This document shows positions 42,890 to 52,192 of a stretch of DNA of 64,000 nucleotides, one piece after another; position 1 is the stretch's first letter; each line of letters opens with the position of its first letter. Made by a program: the position numbers and the translations under genes. The stretch is from a virus (taxonomy: Duplodnaviria > Caudoviricetes). The stretch is taken from positions 35,757-99,756 of the IMG/VR virus record IMGVR_UViG_3300011008_000027. One strand, 5' to 3'. The notes beneath the pieces were generated by a model that was given only the letters and a program-made list of their open reading frames with translations, was not told the origin of the DNA and ran no database searches.

Positions 42890-43297
42890 ATGTATAGTTA
42901 TTACAATACTTTAGAAGCTGCAATGGAAGGATGGGATGGTGCTCTTAAAGGTGCTGCGGTAGGAGCACTTGCCGGTCCTGTTGGAATGGTAGCTGGTGGA
43001 TTAATTGGTAATAAAATCCAAGATGATAAATACGGACCAAAAACTACTAAAGAACATGATGAGATAATACAAGAATGTAGAAAATATGATATTATTAAAC
43101 CTTTAGCAATGGAGCATTATGCTAAACTTAGAAAACAACTTCAAACTTTTAATGCTTTAACTCCAGCTAAAAAAATAATAGTTGCTAGAAGGATTAAAAA
43201 GCAATTACAGAGGTTTGGTAATCCCCAGCTCATTAGGGATGCTGTTAAAATAGCAGGAGAATCCGGAAGTTCATTTAAAGATTATATGAATGCTTAA
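42890..43297 (+). CDS. glycine-zipper protein with MYSYYxTLE leader
   Basis: GALKGAAVGALAGPVGMVAGGLIG after AME|G. Confidence 0.8.
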   Translation: MYSYYNTLEAAMEGWDGALKGAAVGALAGPVGMVAGGLIGNKIQDDKYGPKTTKEHDEIIQECRKYDIIKPLAMEHYAKLRKQLQTFNALTPAKKIIVARRIKKQLQRFGNPQLIRDAVKIAGESGSSFKDYMNA

Positions 43298-43389
43298 TAG
43301 AATCAAAACCTATATTGGATCATAATAAATCCAATATAGGTTCTTTAACTTGATAAGGAAAGAGAAATAAAATATATTAACAGATTACT

Positions 43390-43926
43390 TTAATATTTTG
43401 TTTTCTTAATTGCAGAATCATGCTCTTTAATTTTATTTGGGATATTTGCTTTAAGAGCTTCACATTTCTCCCAAACTCGAGCTATCTTGTTATCGAATTT
43501 TCTCTTTATCGCAATCTTTTCTGCTTTAGTCTGAGCTTCCTGCAATGCTTCCTTACATTTAGCTTTAAGCTCCTTTGTAAGAGATCTGGCTATTGAAGTA
43601 TATTTATTGAGATAATACTTTGTATTCTTTTTATCGATCTTTCTTTCTTTTCTCCAGTTGAAATAATCCTTCAAACTCTCTTCAGCATAGTCATCGAGTT
43701 CATAGTCATAATCATCATCAACGTTATCATAATCATAATAACCCTCACCTGCATACTGATTACTATAAGGATCAAATGAATCAAGATCATACAAACCATC
43801 ATCATATCCTTCATATACATCGTCGACATCATCATAGAGATCGAGATCAGATGAATCTAATCCAAGGTCTTCATAAGCTGCCATCATACCATCATTGAAG
43901 GCATCTTCGTATCCATATATATTCAT
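43390..43926 (-). CDS. acidic-leader family protein with basic C-terminal domain
   Basis: YEDAFNDG, GLYDLDSF, YAEE|S, then a Lys/Arg-rich domain. Confidence 0.82.
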   Translation of the reverse strand: MNIYGYEDAFNDGMMAAYEDLGLDSSDLDLYDDVDDVYEGYDDGLYDLDSFDPYSNQYAGEGYYDYDNVDDDYDYELDDYAEESLKDYFNWRKERKIDKKNTKYYLNKYTSIARSLTKELKAKCKEALQEAQTKAEKIAIKRKFDNKIARVWEKCEALKANIPNKIKEHDSAIKKTKY

Positions 43927-43975
43927 ATATAATTACCTCCTTTATTTTTAATAAGCATTAATAAGTTGTAATTTA

Positions 43976-44692
43976 CTAAAAACGCATTATAGCGTCAACA
44001 TCAAGATTGGCATCCTCATCCCACTGTTTAAGTAAATCTCTCTTTTCTTGTCCTGCATTAGACCATTGATCTACTTTAAGACTGATTTGACCTACACCTG
44101 TATTTATATCTTCAATTCTCTTTAATGAGTTATAGAAGTATTCTTCCATATCTAATAATGCAAGTTGTCTGAAAGCCGATGATGCTCCATCAGGTATAGT
44201 TGCAAGAGAACTATCATGAATTATACTCAGTTCAACCACATAACTTCCAATCCAACCATTGTATATTTCTAATATATCAGGTTTTCTAAAATTGAAAGTT
44301 AAAGCAGGATACATTGAATTTTGTAATGTTGCATATAACTTATAATCTGCTAATGTACTAAGAAGCACATCAGGAGCCACACTAAAATCAAAAAATTCGC
44401 CATATGTATCACATCCTATAGGATCAACTCTATTAACTTGTAATATAGATGATCCCATATAAAATGTTTTAGGAATTCTATATACAGTTCTTCTATTCCA
44501 CATACCTGCATCAATTTTCTCATTAACACCTATATATGATTCTACACGATATGGGCATCTAATTGAAAATTCTTTTAGTGCAGAATTCTGGAGTCTATCT
44601 AACATATCTTGATCGGTAATAGTTCTCGGAAGGTCCCTAAGTCCCATATCTTGTTTTATAAGATTTAAAAGCTCAGAAGTTGTATAAACCAT
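43976..44692 (-). CDS. neck / head-tail adaptor protein (T4 gp13-like)
   Basis: Size and pattern (LI...G, ALKEF, LALLD..E, TGVG.I.L....AGQEK.DL). Confidence 0.55.
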   Translation of the reverse strand: MVYTTSELLNLIKQDMGLRDLPRTITDQDMLDRLQNSALKEFSIRCPYRVESYIGVNEKIDAGMWNRRTVYRIPKTFYMGSSILQVNRVDPIGCDTYGEFFDFSVAPDVLLSTLADYKLYATLQNSMYPALTFNFRKPDILEIYNGWIGSYVVELSIIHDSSLATIPDGASSAFRQLALLDMEEYFYNSLKRIEDINTGVGQISLKVDQWSNAGQEKRDLLKQWDEDANLDVDAIMRF

Positions 44693-44834
44693 AATTATCG
44701 ACCTCCTTATTACATTAAGGTTTCAAAGTTATATTAATAAAAAAAATAGCTAACATAATTTTAAAAGGTTTCTTTTGTATATTGTTTGTTTTGATTTGAT
44801 CATAGTTTATTGATTGACTCCTTTGAAAAAGTGT

Positions 44835-44874
44835 TATAATACCTCTATATGGATATCCATATAGAGGTATTATA
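44835..44874. repeat. perfect 40 bp palindrome
   Basis: TATAATACCTCTATATGGAT|ATCCATATAGAGGTATTATA. Confidence 0.9.
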
Positions 44875-44951
44875 TATAATGCAAGGAGTTGTTAAAAACT
44901 GAACAAATTTTACATAACTGTTTACGTCTTTAAATATATGTTACAGTACTT

Positions 44952-45656
44952 TTAAATTACATATTCATCTTCTGATGAAACTACAATAGGTTCTGATAAG
45001 CGGTTTCCCACATTATCATCTTCAGACTTCTCTTCTATTATTAATGTATATTTCATGTTGAGGACATCGCATCCTCTTTCAAATAATAATATAGACAACC
45101 TTGAGTCTGATTTAATAACCTGCTTGAAGTTTAAAAACGCATTCTTATCACTAAACCGATTTTTATATAAGTCGATATCTAAGTTCTTCTCATTAAGAAC
45201 TTTCTTGATAGCTCTCTTTAATATATCATCGGTTTTCTTTATTTCCGGTTTGAATATATTGCCGCCTTCGGTTACCGTAACGAATATCTTATCGTTATTT
45301 TTAAGTACCTCAATGATATTCTCTTTCGAAGTATCAATTATATTCTTAGACACTGAGTATTTCTCTTTTTCATCATCTGTAATGGGTTCTCTTATCTCAG
45401 GGAACCCATTACTATTTTCATAAATACCCGGTTCTAAATAGCTGTTGTCATCCTTCGGAAGTGGACCACGTAATACATAGAATGTATCATTAGAGATATA
45501 CGCAATATCTTTCAACTCGGAGTACTTAATCGTCGTAATATTATCAGGAAATAATGTTACACCATATAATGCCTCTCCTAATGGAATATACGACGACTTG
45601 TAATAAACATTAATAGGATCAGTTGATTTCTTCTCTTCGTTCTTCTTTCTTCCCAT
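44952..45656 (-). CDS. hypothetical protein
   Basis: ORF; start MGRKK behind AAGGAG. Confidence 0.8.
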   Translation of the reverse strand: MGRKKNEEKKSTDPINVYYKSSYIPLGEALYGVTLFPDNITTIKYSELKDIAYISNDTFYVLRGPLPKDDNSYLEPGIYENSNGFPEIREPITDDEKEKYSVSKNIIDTSKENIIEVLKNNDKIFVTVTEGGNIFKPEIKKTDDILKRAIKKVLNEKNLDIDLYKNRFSDKNAFLNFKQVIKSDSRLSILLFERGCDVLNMKYTLIIEEKSEDDNVGNRLSEPIVVSSEDEYVI

Positions 45657-45690
45657 ACTTCTTTTCTCCTTCATTATTATTTTTAATTGA

Positions 45691-46473
45691 TTACACTTCT
45701 TTCATTTCTCCAACGACATCATTTTCTATTGCAAATTTAAACTCATCTCCTTTATTTAAAGAACTTAATAGTTCTTCCGGAGTATGAGTTGATACCTCTT
45801 TCCCGGGTGTAGCATTTACAAGACTCTTGAATAACTTACTGTTATCAATATTCATTCCGTACCCTTGGGTATTTAGTATCCAACCGCCATGATCTCTCAT
45901 TTCATTCATTAGATTATAGAGAATACTTATCTCATTTTGGAAACTAAAATTCTTTATAATTCCAAATAGATCTTGAAATTGAGTTATAGTCAATCGAGCT
46001 ACACTAGATGATGAATTTATATACATAAGTATACCTTCACAATCTCTATCATCTTTATCTACAACTACCGATGGAATTATCTTTAACCGTTGTATAGTAG
46101 TTGCACCATCTTTAAGGTTAACTTCCAAATAGTTGTATTCATTATTATAACACAATTGACCGTCTTCGTTCTCATAAAACAAATTCTTTAGTTTTTCATC
46201 AAAGAACCATGAAAATGCCGTATTTAATGCTTTAAGAACTCTGTAATGATTCCGTTGATTGACCTTGAATATATTTTTCTCGGCTCGGTTATCAATGCTT
46301 ACGGTTCTAAATAATATCAATGGATTAAATTCGGCTAAGTAACCTTTACGTTCTGAATTTTCATCATTTGGATGAACGGTTACTTCAGGTCTGTACATAA
46401 AAGACTCCACTATCAATCCTCTTGCTCTAAACATCGTTCTTTTAGCAGAGTCTTGTTTGGCAGCATATGCCAT
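45691..46473 (-). CDS. hypothetical protein
   Basis: 260 aa ORF with AAGGAGG RBS. Confidence 0.82.
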   Translation of the reverse strand: MAYAAKQDSAKRTMFRARGLIVESFMYRPEVTVHPNDENSERKGYLAEFNPLILFRTVSIDNRAEKNIFKVNQRNHYRVLKALNTAFSWFFDEKLKNLFYENEDGQLCYNNEYNYLEVNLKDGATTIQRLKIIPSVVVDKDDRDCEGILMYINSSSSVARLTITQFQDLFGIIKNFSFQNEISILYNLMNEMRDHGGWILNTQGYGMNIDNSKLFKSLVNATPGKEVSTHTPEELLSSLNKGDEFKFAIENDVVGEMKEV

Positions 46474-46491
46474 ACTTATAAACCTCCTTTA

Positions 46492-47988
46492 CTAATATCG
46501 CAAAGAGAATATTTGTTTGATTTTTTGATTATATAAGTATTGCAATCGTTTACGTAATTTTCTTATACAATAAGGAAAACTATCATCTACGAATATATAG
46601 TAATACGTATCAAATCGATCATCTCTTCTTCCTCTTCCTGCAGATTGATTATCTTCAACTTCATTGACTTGGTCTAATGATAATATATGACCAATTTTAT
46701 CTCCTTGTAAATCTAATCCTGTACTAAAGGATTGATACGTGGATATTATTATCTGAGCTGATGATAATACAACTTTCTTTTCATCTTCAGGAACTTTGGA
46801 ATGAAATCTTCCGATTATATATGAATCACTATATATAGATTTAAATTCCTCGTATAATAATTCAACGTGTTCTACTAACGATACCAATACTAATATACGG
46901 CTATTAAATTTATTAGATTCTTGTATTATACTAATATAATGCTTAGCCGCATTTAATAATATCTTTTGCGATATTTCATATCTCATAAATTCAAATTTAG
47001 AAAAACCGTGATTATTACCAAATATTTTCTTTCGGTCTTCTTCAGTCGGATTTGTAGAGTAATGTATTACTATTGCATTAGTATATTTAAGATCATCAAC
47101 GACATCTCGATCTAATTTAAATACATCAGCATTCTTAAATACTCTTTTATACAGACGATTTTTATGCTCATCTGCTTGTTTGAAATCAGCCGAAAGGTAA
47201 ATAGTTTTATAAACATTTGTTACTGCATCAATTTTTATAATATTCCCAAGATGTCTATGGGCTTCATCATAAATCTTAACACCAATTCCTAAGTTTGTGA
47301 ATATATCATTAATCTTATTCCACCCGTGCTTTTCTCCAAATCTATGCAATAAGGTCGGAGTTGCAAGGAATATATGACAATCTTGTTGTACAAAGTTATT
47401 ATCCAGAATGGCGTCTAATTGTGCCCCGGAATCAATGAGACAAACTTTACTCATATCAGTATTTGTATGTTCTTTCATCATTCTTATCCATTGTTTTAAT
47501 ATGGTATTTCTAAAGCACATTATAAATACCTTTTTTGATAATACAGATATCATTAGTTGAATAGCTATTACCGTTTTACCCATTGCAGTAGGAAGGTTTA
47601 AGAAGATCTTATTTCTTCTTGAATTTATAGCTTTACTCATAACATCATATTGTACATCAGTAAGATCAATATCATCATTAAGTTCATACGTAGGTATTTG
47701 TTTTCCCATGTCAGGTGTTTTAATATCTATAATATAATCGGGGAATTGCTCCTGCAATAACTTTGTTTGAAAGCATTCATGTGTTAAAAACATATCAATC
47801 TCTTTCATATAGAACCCAGTAGTTTCTACATTATGATAGAATCTTCCATTAAATTCCTTAATAGAACACATAGATTCTATTAACTTAGATTGATTTTTAA
47901 CATATGGATGAATCATTATTCCGGTAGAGTTTATAGTTATAGTTTTTGGACAGTCGAAGTCTTTTAGAGTCTTTCTTTTCTTCGGCAT
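46492..47988 (-). CDS. SF2 DEAH helicase (UvsW/XPB-like)
   Basis: LPTAMGKT, YDEAH, LSAD, STGLD, QSAGRGRR. Confidence 0.9.
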   Translation of the reverse strand: MPKKRKTLKDFDCPKTITINSTGIMIHPYVKNQSKLIESMCSIKEFNGRFYHNVETTGFYMKEIDMFLTHECFQTKLLQEQFPDYIIDIKTPDMGKQIPTYELNDDIDLTDVQYDVMSKAINSRRNKIFLNLPTAMGKTVIAIQLMISVLSKKVFIMCFRNTILKQWIRMMKEHTNTDMSKVCLIDSGAQLDAILDNNFVQQDCHIFLATPTLLHRFGEKHGWNKINDIFTNLGIGVKIYDEAHRHLGNIIKIDAVTNVYKTIYLSADFKQADEHKNRLYKRVFKNADVFKLDRDVVDDLKYTNAIVIHYSTNPTEEDRKKIFGNNHGFSKFEFMRYEISQKILLNAAKHYISIIQESNKFNSRILVLVSLVEHVELLYEEFKSIYSDSYIIGRFHSKVPEDEKKVVLSSAQIIISTYQSFSTGLDLQGDKIGHILSLDQVNEVEDNQSAGRGRRDDRFDTYYYIFVDDSFPYCIRKLRKRLQYLYNQKIKQIFSLRY

Positions 47989-48132
47989 ATTAATCTCTAC
48001 CTCCTTTCGATTTAAGTGTAAGTTGCTACAAAAATAAGATATAATTATTTTTTAATAGAAAAAATAATCGAGTAGCTTAAATTGCTACTCGATTATTCTT
48101 ACAAGAAAGGCGTGATGCAATGGGTGTAGTTT

Positions 48133-49134
48133 TTATACACTTAAATATTTATCAATAATGTATTGAGTAACTTTAATACCATCTTCTGCAGTTTTAGTAA
48201 AGAATGCAATAATATAGTCAGATTGACCCGACTTTACTGATTTAACAACTGGTGTTGGTATAAATATATCAACCCCACCAACTTTTCCACTATTTTCTTC
48301 CAAACTAGTATATTCATAGTAAACATCTAGTGGAAACCTACCATTTGCAAAATACGTACTTAAAGTTACCCGGTAATTATATCCGACTGAACTTCCGATA
48401 TGTCTACTATTGATACCATCTTCAATGAAGAACTTTTTAGAACGAATGATATCGCTATACTTTTCACGAACATTATAATCGAGATATACCAGATATGGTA
48501 ATACGATATATGGCTTATCTTTGTATTCATCTGCACACTTCTTAAATTCTTCAATATGATATTCCGTCATACGAGATTCAATTCTGATTGTACGATATTC
48601 AGATTGTATCGACCGTTTCAAAATCGCCTTCATTGTAACCTCTAATTCAATAAAGTCATCAACATGATCATTTTCAATGGTTGGATATGCTTTCGGTTTT
48701 AAAAATGACCAATCATAACCATCAAAATAATCATAAGCATCGTCGATGAAATTAAAATCACAATCCGGAGTTTCGCTATCAGCAAAAATCTCAGATGATA
48801 GACTATCATATGTCGCATCGATAAATTTCTCAGAATAATACTTATGATTCCGTAAAACATAACGAAGGCATTCTTTCCCATATTGTCTCCATACATCCGA
48901 CAACGATAATGAATATAATACAATTACTCCGTCTCTTTTATCAGCTTTGAATTCATTAACATGAAACTTATTCTTAGTTCCAGTTAACATACCGATATTT
49001 TCTTCTCTGCAGCTCAACTCAATAATTGCCATCTTGATAGCATCAGCTTGAGCAAAATTACCAGATTTCCAAAATAACATTCTTACCCATGTATGTGGTT
49101 GGTCAGTCTCAATAATATGATCTTCTACTATCAT
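48133..49134 (-). CDS. hypothetical early protein
   Basis: 333 aa; AAGGAGG RBS; TATATCAT upstream. Confidence 0.82.
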   Translation of the reverse strand: MIVEDHIIETDQPHTWVRMLFWKSGNFAQADAIKMAIIELSCREENIGMLTGTKNKFHVNEFKADKRDGVIVLYSLSLSDVWRQYGKECLRYVLRNHKYYSEKFIDATYDSLSSEIFADSETPDCDFNFIDDAYDYFDGYDWSFLKPKAYPTIENDHVDDFIELEVTMKAILKRSIQSEYRTIRIESRMTEYHIEEFKKCADEYKDKPYIVLPYLVYLDYNVREKYSDIIRSKKFFIEDGINSRHIGSSVGYNYRVTLSTYFANGRFPLDVYYEYTSLEENSGKVGGVDIFIPTPVVKSVKSGQSDYIIAFFTKTAEDGIKVTQYIIDKYLSV

Positions 49135-49274
49135 AATTATATCCTCCTTAATTATAAATAAAAATGACGAGTTACATGTTAAATGATATATACTTTAAAT
49201 TCAGAATAATAGAAAAAAAATAAACAGGCAGCAATTTACACCGCCTGTTTGATTTCACGAAAATTCGTATCTTA

Positions 49275-50216
49275 TCAATATGCCGCGTATTCCGCTATGG
49301 TTATCGCGTCTTCCAATGTGGGGCATCCACACAAGAACCGTGCAGGATGTATGAACGATATCTTACCACCACTCGTTTCATAGGCAATACTCATATCCTG
49401 TACCCATGATTCAGGTAATGGTTTACGCATACCAGTTGAATTCGGTGCATCAGGTACGGCTTGAACATTATAAGCGCCAGAAATACTCGGATAAATAACA
49501 TACAAGATGCCATTTGCCGATTCCTCTTGCAAGAGGTATTCTTGCCACGGCATATAACGATCTAATATGACCACCCGCTCATCTTTTCTATTTTGTATTG
49601 CGGCTATAACAGCTTCTTTAGCTGCAATTTTAGAAATAGCATTACCGACGACTCTCTCGAGTACGCCGTCTGCTATATCGACCGCGTCTATAAATTTCCG
49701 ACTAAAGTCATCTCCTTCATCCCAATTTGGATTGAAGAGATGAATCATCGACGAAATAGACATGGACGTATGTTCATGTTCGATGCCGTTATCTGCAGCA
49801 TCGATGTGTTCTACGAACTGAGTATCGACATACTTCCATACATCATCAATGTTATCATCGTTAACATTGCTCAGATCGTTACGGGCGCTATAGTATTTAA
49901 TATAGCTTCTGCCATATATTTCCCACAACAACCCAAACGCAGCATAAGGAATTCCGTTCTCTCGAATCCTCTTATCTTTTTGATGATGGTCGAATTTACC
50001 ATAACCAACATCAAAAATTATATCAGCGGACTCTTTAAGTGCATCGGTGATGTTGCGAGTACGATGAATAAATATATTTTTACCCAACCACTCGCCAAGT
50101 TTCGCAAGTAAAGCTGCCGAAAAGACATCATCCGCATGAAACACGCCATCATGGGTCACTATAAATAATGTATTGCTCTGTGCGATAGCGGCATCTTTAT
50201 CATCTATAATTATCAT
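49275..50216 (-). CDS. MYG1 (UPF0160, DHH-superfamily) nuclease/hydrolase
   Basis: THDGVFHADD, RTR, DVG..FDHHQ, YAAFGLLW, IDAADNG, FIHPARF. Confidence 0.92.
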   Translation of the reverse strand: MIIIDDKDAAIAQSNTLFIVTHDGVFHADDVFSAALLAKLGEWLGKNIFIHRTRNITDALKESADIIFDVGYGKFDHHQKDKRIRENGIPYAAFGLLWEIYGRSYIKYYSARNDLSNVNDDNIDDVWKYVDTQFVEHIDAADNGIEHEHTSMSISSMIHLFNPNWDEGDDFSRKFIDAVDIADGVLERVVGNAISKIAAKEAVIAAIQNRKDERVVILDRYMPWQEYLLQEESANGILYVIYPSISGAYNVQAVPDAPNSTGMRKPLPESWVQDMSIAYETSGGKISFIHPARFLCGCPTLEDAITIAEYAAY

Positions 50217-50404
50217 AGTAATCGTCTCCCTTCTGTAATATATATTTATGATTGATTTGGTTATAATATAACATCACCCTCAACCATATCATTACTATGT
50301 AATTACGCATAAATGATATATTTTTATTTTTGCGATTAATAAAAAAATAATTTATTTCTTGAGAAAAAAGAGGCACATCAGTGCCTCAGCATGTAGAAAT
50401 GGAA

Positions 50405-50770
50405 TCAATCATTAACTTTCCTGATCATTCCTGTTTCTACGCAATATAAAAATGTATCCCCTGTTTTAATATCCTCGATACGATAAAAAGTTCTTTTCGA
50501 ACTTTCATCGTTTGGATCAATAACAGTCTTTCCTTGGACTACAAAGTCCGAAGACAATACATCAATATTGAGGTTCGGCTTTTTTGTGGACTCGTGAGTC
50601 CGAGTCAGAAATCCGATGCCGACGAACGAAATAACCAATACTGCAGCGAATATCGTAATTTTCGATATTGCTCGTACTTTCCGTTTTCTTGCCTCTCTTG
50701 CATCCCGTCTACGAAATGCCTCTTTAGCAAACTCAGGCATTTCATAATGCCAATTATTATTCTGATTCAT
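50405..50770 (-). CDS. small membrane-anchored protein
   Basis: Basic patch then ITIFAAVLVISFVGIGFL TM helix. Confidence 0.8.
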   Translation of the reverse strand: MNQNNNWHYEMPEFAKEAFRRRDAREARKRKVRAISKITIFAAVLVISFVGIGFLTRTHESTKKPNLNIDVLSSDFVVQGKTVIDPNDESSKRTFYRIEDIKTGDTFLYCVETGMIRKVND

Positions 50771-50814
50771 GAATATCACTCCTTTCATTTTGTTTTTCTT
50801 TCCACGAATCCCCT

Positions 50815-50846
50815 ATATAATATATATTTGAAATTTATTAAAATGC
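50815..50846 (-). promoter_or_regulatory. putative bipartite early promoter
   Basis: GCATTTT-AATAAAT-TTCAAATATATATTATAT. Confidence 0.7.
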
Positions 50847-50869
50847 AGAAAAAAAGAAGCGGTGACGGA

Positions 50870-51385
50870 TCACCACTCCTCTCTTTTCATTCTTTCGACT
50901 TCGGTTTTTACAACCTCTATCGATTCTGGAGTACATCCAAATGAGTAGGTTTCCTCCATTTGGATGTACTCTTCGATGCCCATATTAAGCACATAGCATG
51001 CATAAGCATCTGCCTGTGCTTCAATTGTATAATCGATGCGATGTTCGCCCGATTTATTATTTTCAATATGGTCATAAAGGACATGCCCAATTTCGTGATA
51101 GAATACGAATTCTATCACTTTCATCATGTCCGGGTTGTCTTTTATAAGCGATTTATAATCGCCTTCTCCGGCAAATAATATCCAGTTTTCACCATCGACT
51201 TTTGTTGCGCAGGCAACTTCGAAGGTGTTAATTGCATATGCGAAATTTATAAATCTTCCACATATACAAAATCTCTCGTAATCTTTTCCCTCAACCAACT
51301 CAGCGGTACCCATTTCTAAGAAATTAATTGGGTTCTTAAACCCGTTGAGTTCCTTATTGATCAACTTATTAAGTATAGATAACAT
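50870..51385 (-). CDS. HExxH zinc metallopeptidase (ImmA/IrrE- or M48-like)
   Basis: FYHEIGH...EAQADAYA. Confidence 0.82.
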   Translation of the reverse strand: MLSILNKLINKELNGFKNPINFLEMGTAELVEGKDYERFCICGRFINFAYAINTFEVACATKVDGENWILFAGEGDYKSLIKDNPDMMKVIEFVFYHEIGHVLYDHIENNKSGEHRIDYTIEAQADAYACYVLNMGIEEYIQMEETYSFGCTPESIEVVKTEVERMKREEW

Positions 51386-51432
51386 AATAATTCCTCCCTT
51401 TTTAAAATATATTACGTTTTATTATGTCACCT

Positions 51433-51464
51433 ATATAATATATTTACGAAATAATTAAAAATAC
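51433..51464 (-). promoter_or_regulatory. putative bipartite early promoter
   Basis: GTATTTT-TAATTAT-TTCGTAAATATATTATAT. Confidence 0.7.
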
Positions 51465-51548
51465 GGATAATAGAGAAAAAATAAACGGGTTGCCCCGTTT
51501 ATTTCATATAGTCTATGGAAATATAAAGATAATAATAGAATAGTATTA

Positions 51549-52076
51549 TTATTTAATAATATTATTAAGTAATGAGTAAAATCTTCGTACTACCGCTTTG
51601 TTGTGCATATATAGCCATACGAAAGATATTCGTAATGCTTTTGAGACAACATACTCTAACATACATGAACAATCTCTTGTAGTAATACCATCAAATGTAG
51701 TACCGATTCTATCCCCCATAACCTCACACGCAAAAGCCTCAGCCTCTACTTCCATCGGATTAATTGCCCATAATAGTACCGACGCATTATATTTATTAGC
51801 AGTGGTGGTTAGAGTGTTCGTGTCTATAAAATGACCTGAGAAAATATGCCCCAATTCATGTGCAAGTACATGCTTATAATTCACATTACTTGGATGAACG
51901 TTAATAATATATATATCCCTAAGACTATTTAACCAAGCAGCAGAAGCGAGAAGCCCATTTTTCATAACGTGTATAGTTTTTCCGTCATATTTAAGGCTGG
52001 TTATGATGTGTCCGCTCCTTTCTATATCATTATACATTCTTGACAGCTCCTCAATTTCAGTTCGCAATTTATCCAT
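51549..52076 (-). CDS. ImmA/IrrE-family HExxH metallopeptidase
   Basis: VLAHELGHI..GH...EVEAEAFA. Confidence 0.82.
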   Translation of the reverse strand: MDKLRTEIEELSRMYNDIERSGHIITSLKYDGKTIHVMKNGLLASAAWLNSLRDIYIINVHPSNVNYKHVLAHELGHIFSGHFIDTNTLTTTANKYNASVLLWAINPMEVEAEAFACEVMGDRIGTTFDGITTRDCSCMLEYVVSKALRISFVWLYMHNKAVVRRFYSLLNNIIK

Positions 52077-52192
52077 ATTAATTCCTCCACGTAAATTATT
52101 ATATTTCATAAATAATATATTTATGAATTATTTTCAAATAAGTGATAATAGAGAAAAACCCCATATAGCATTATGCTATATGGGATATATAA

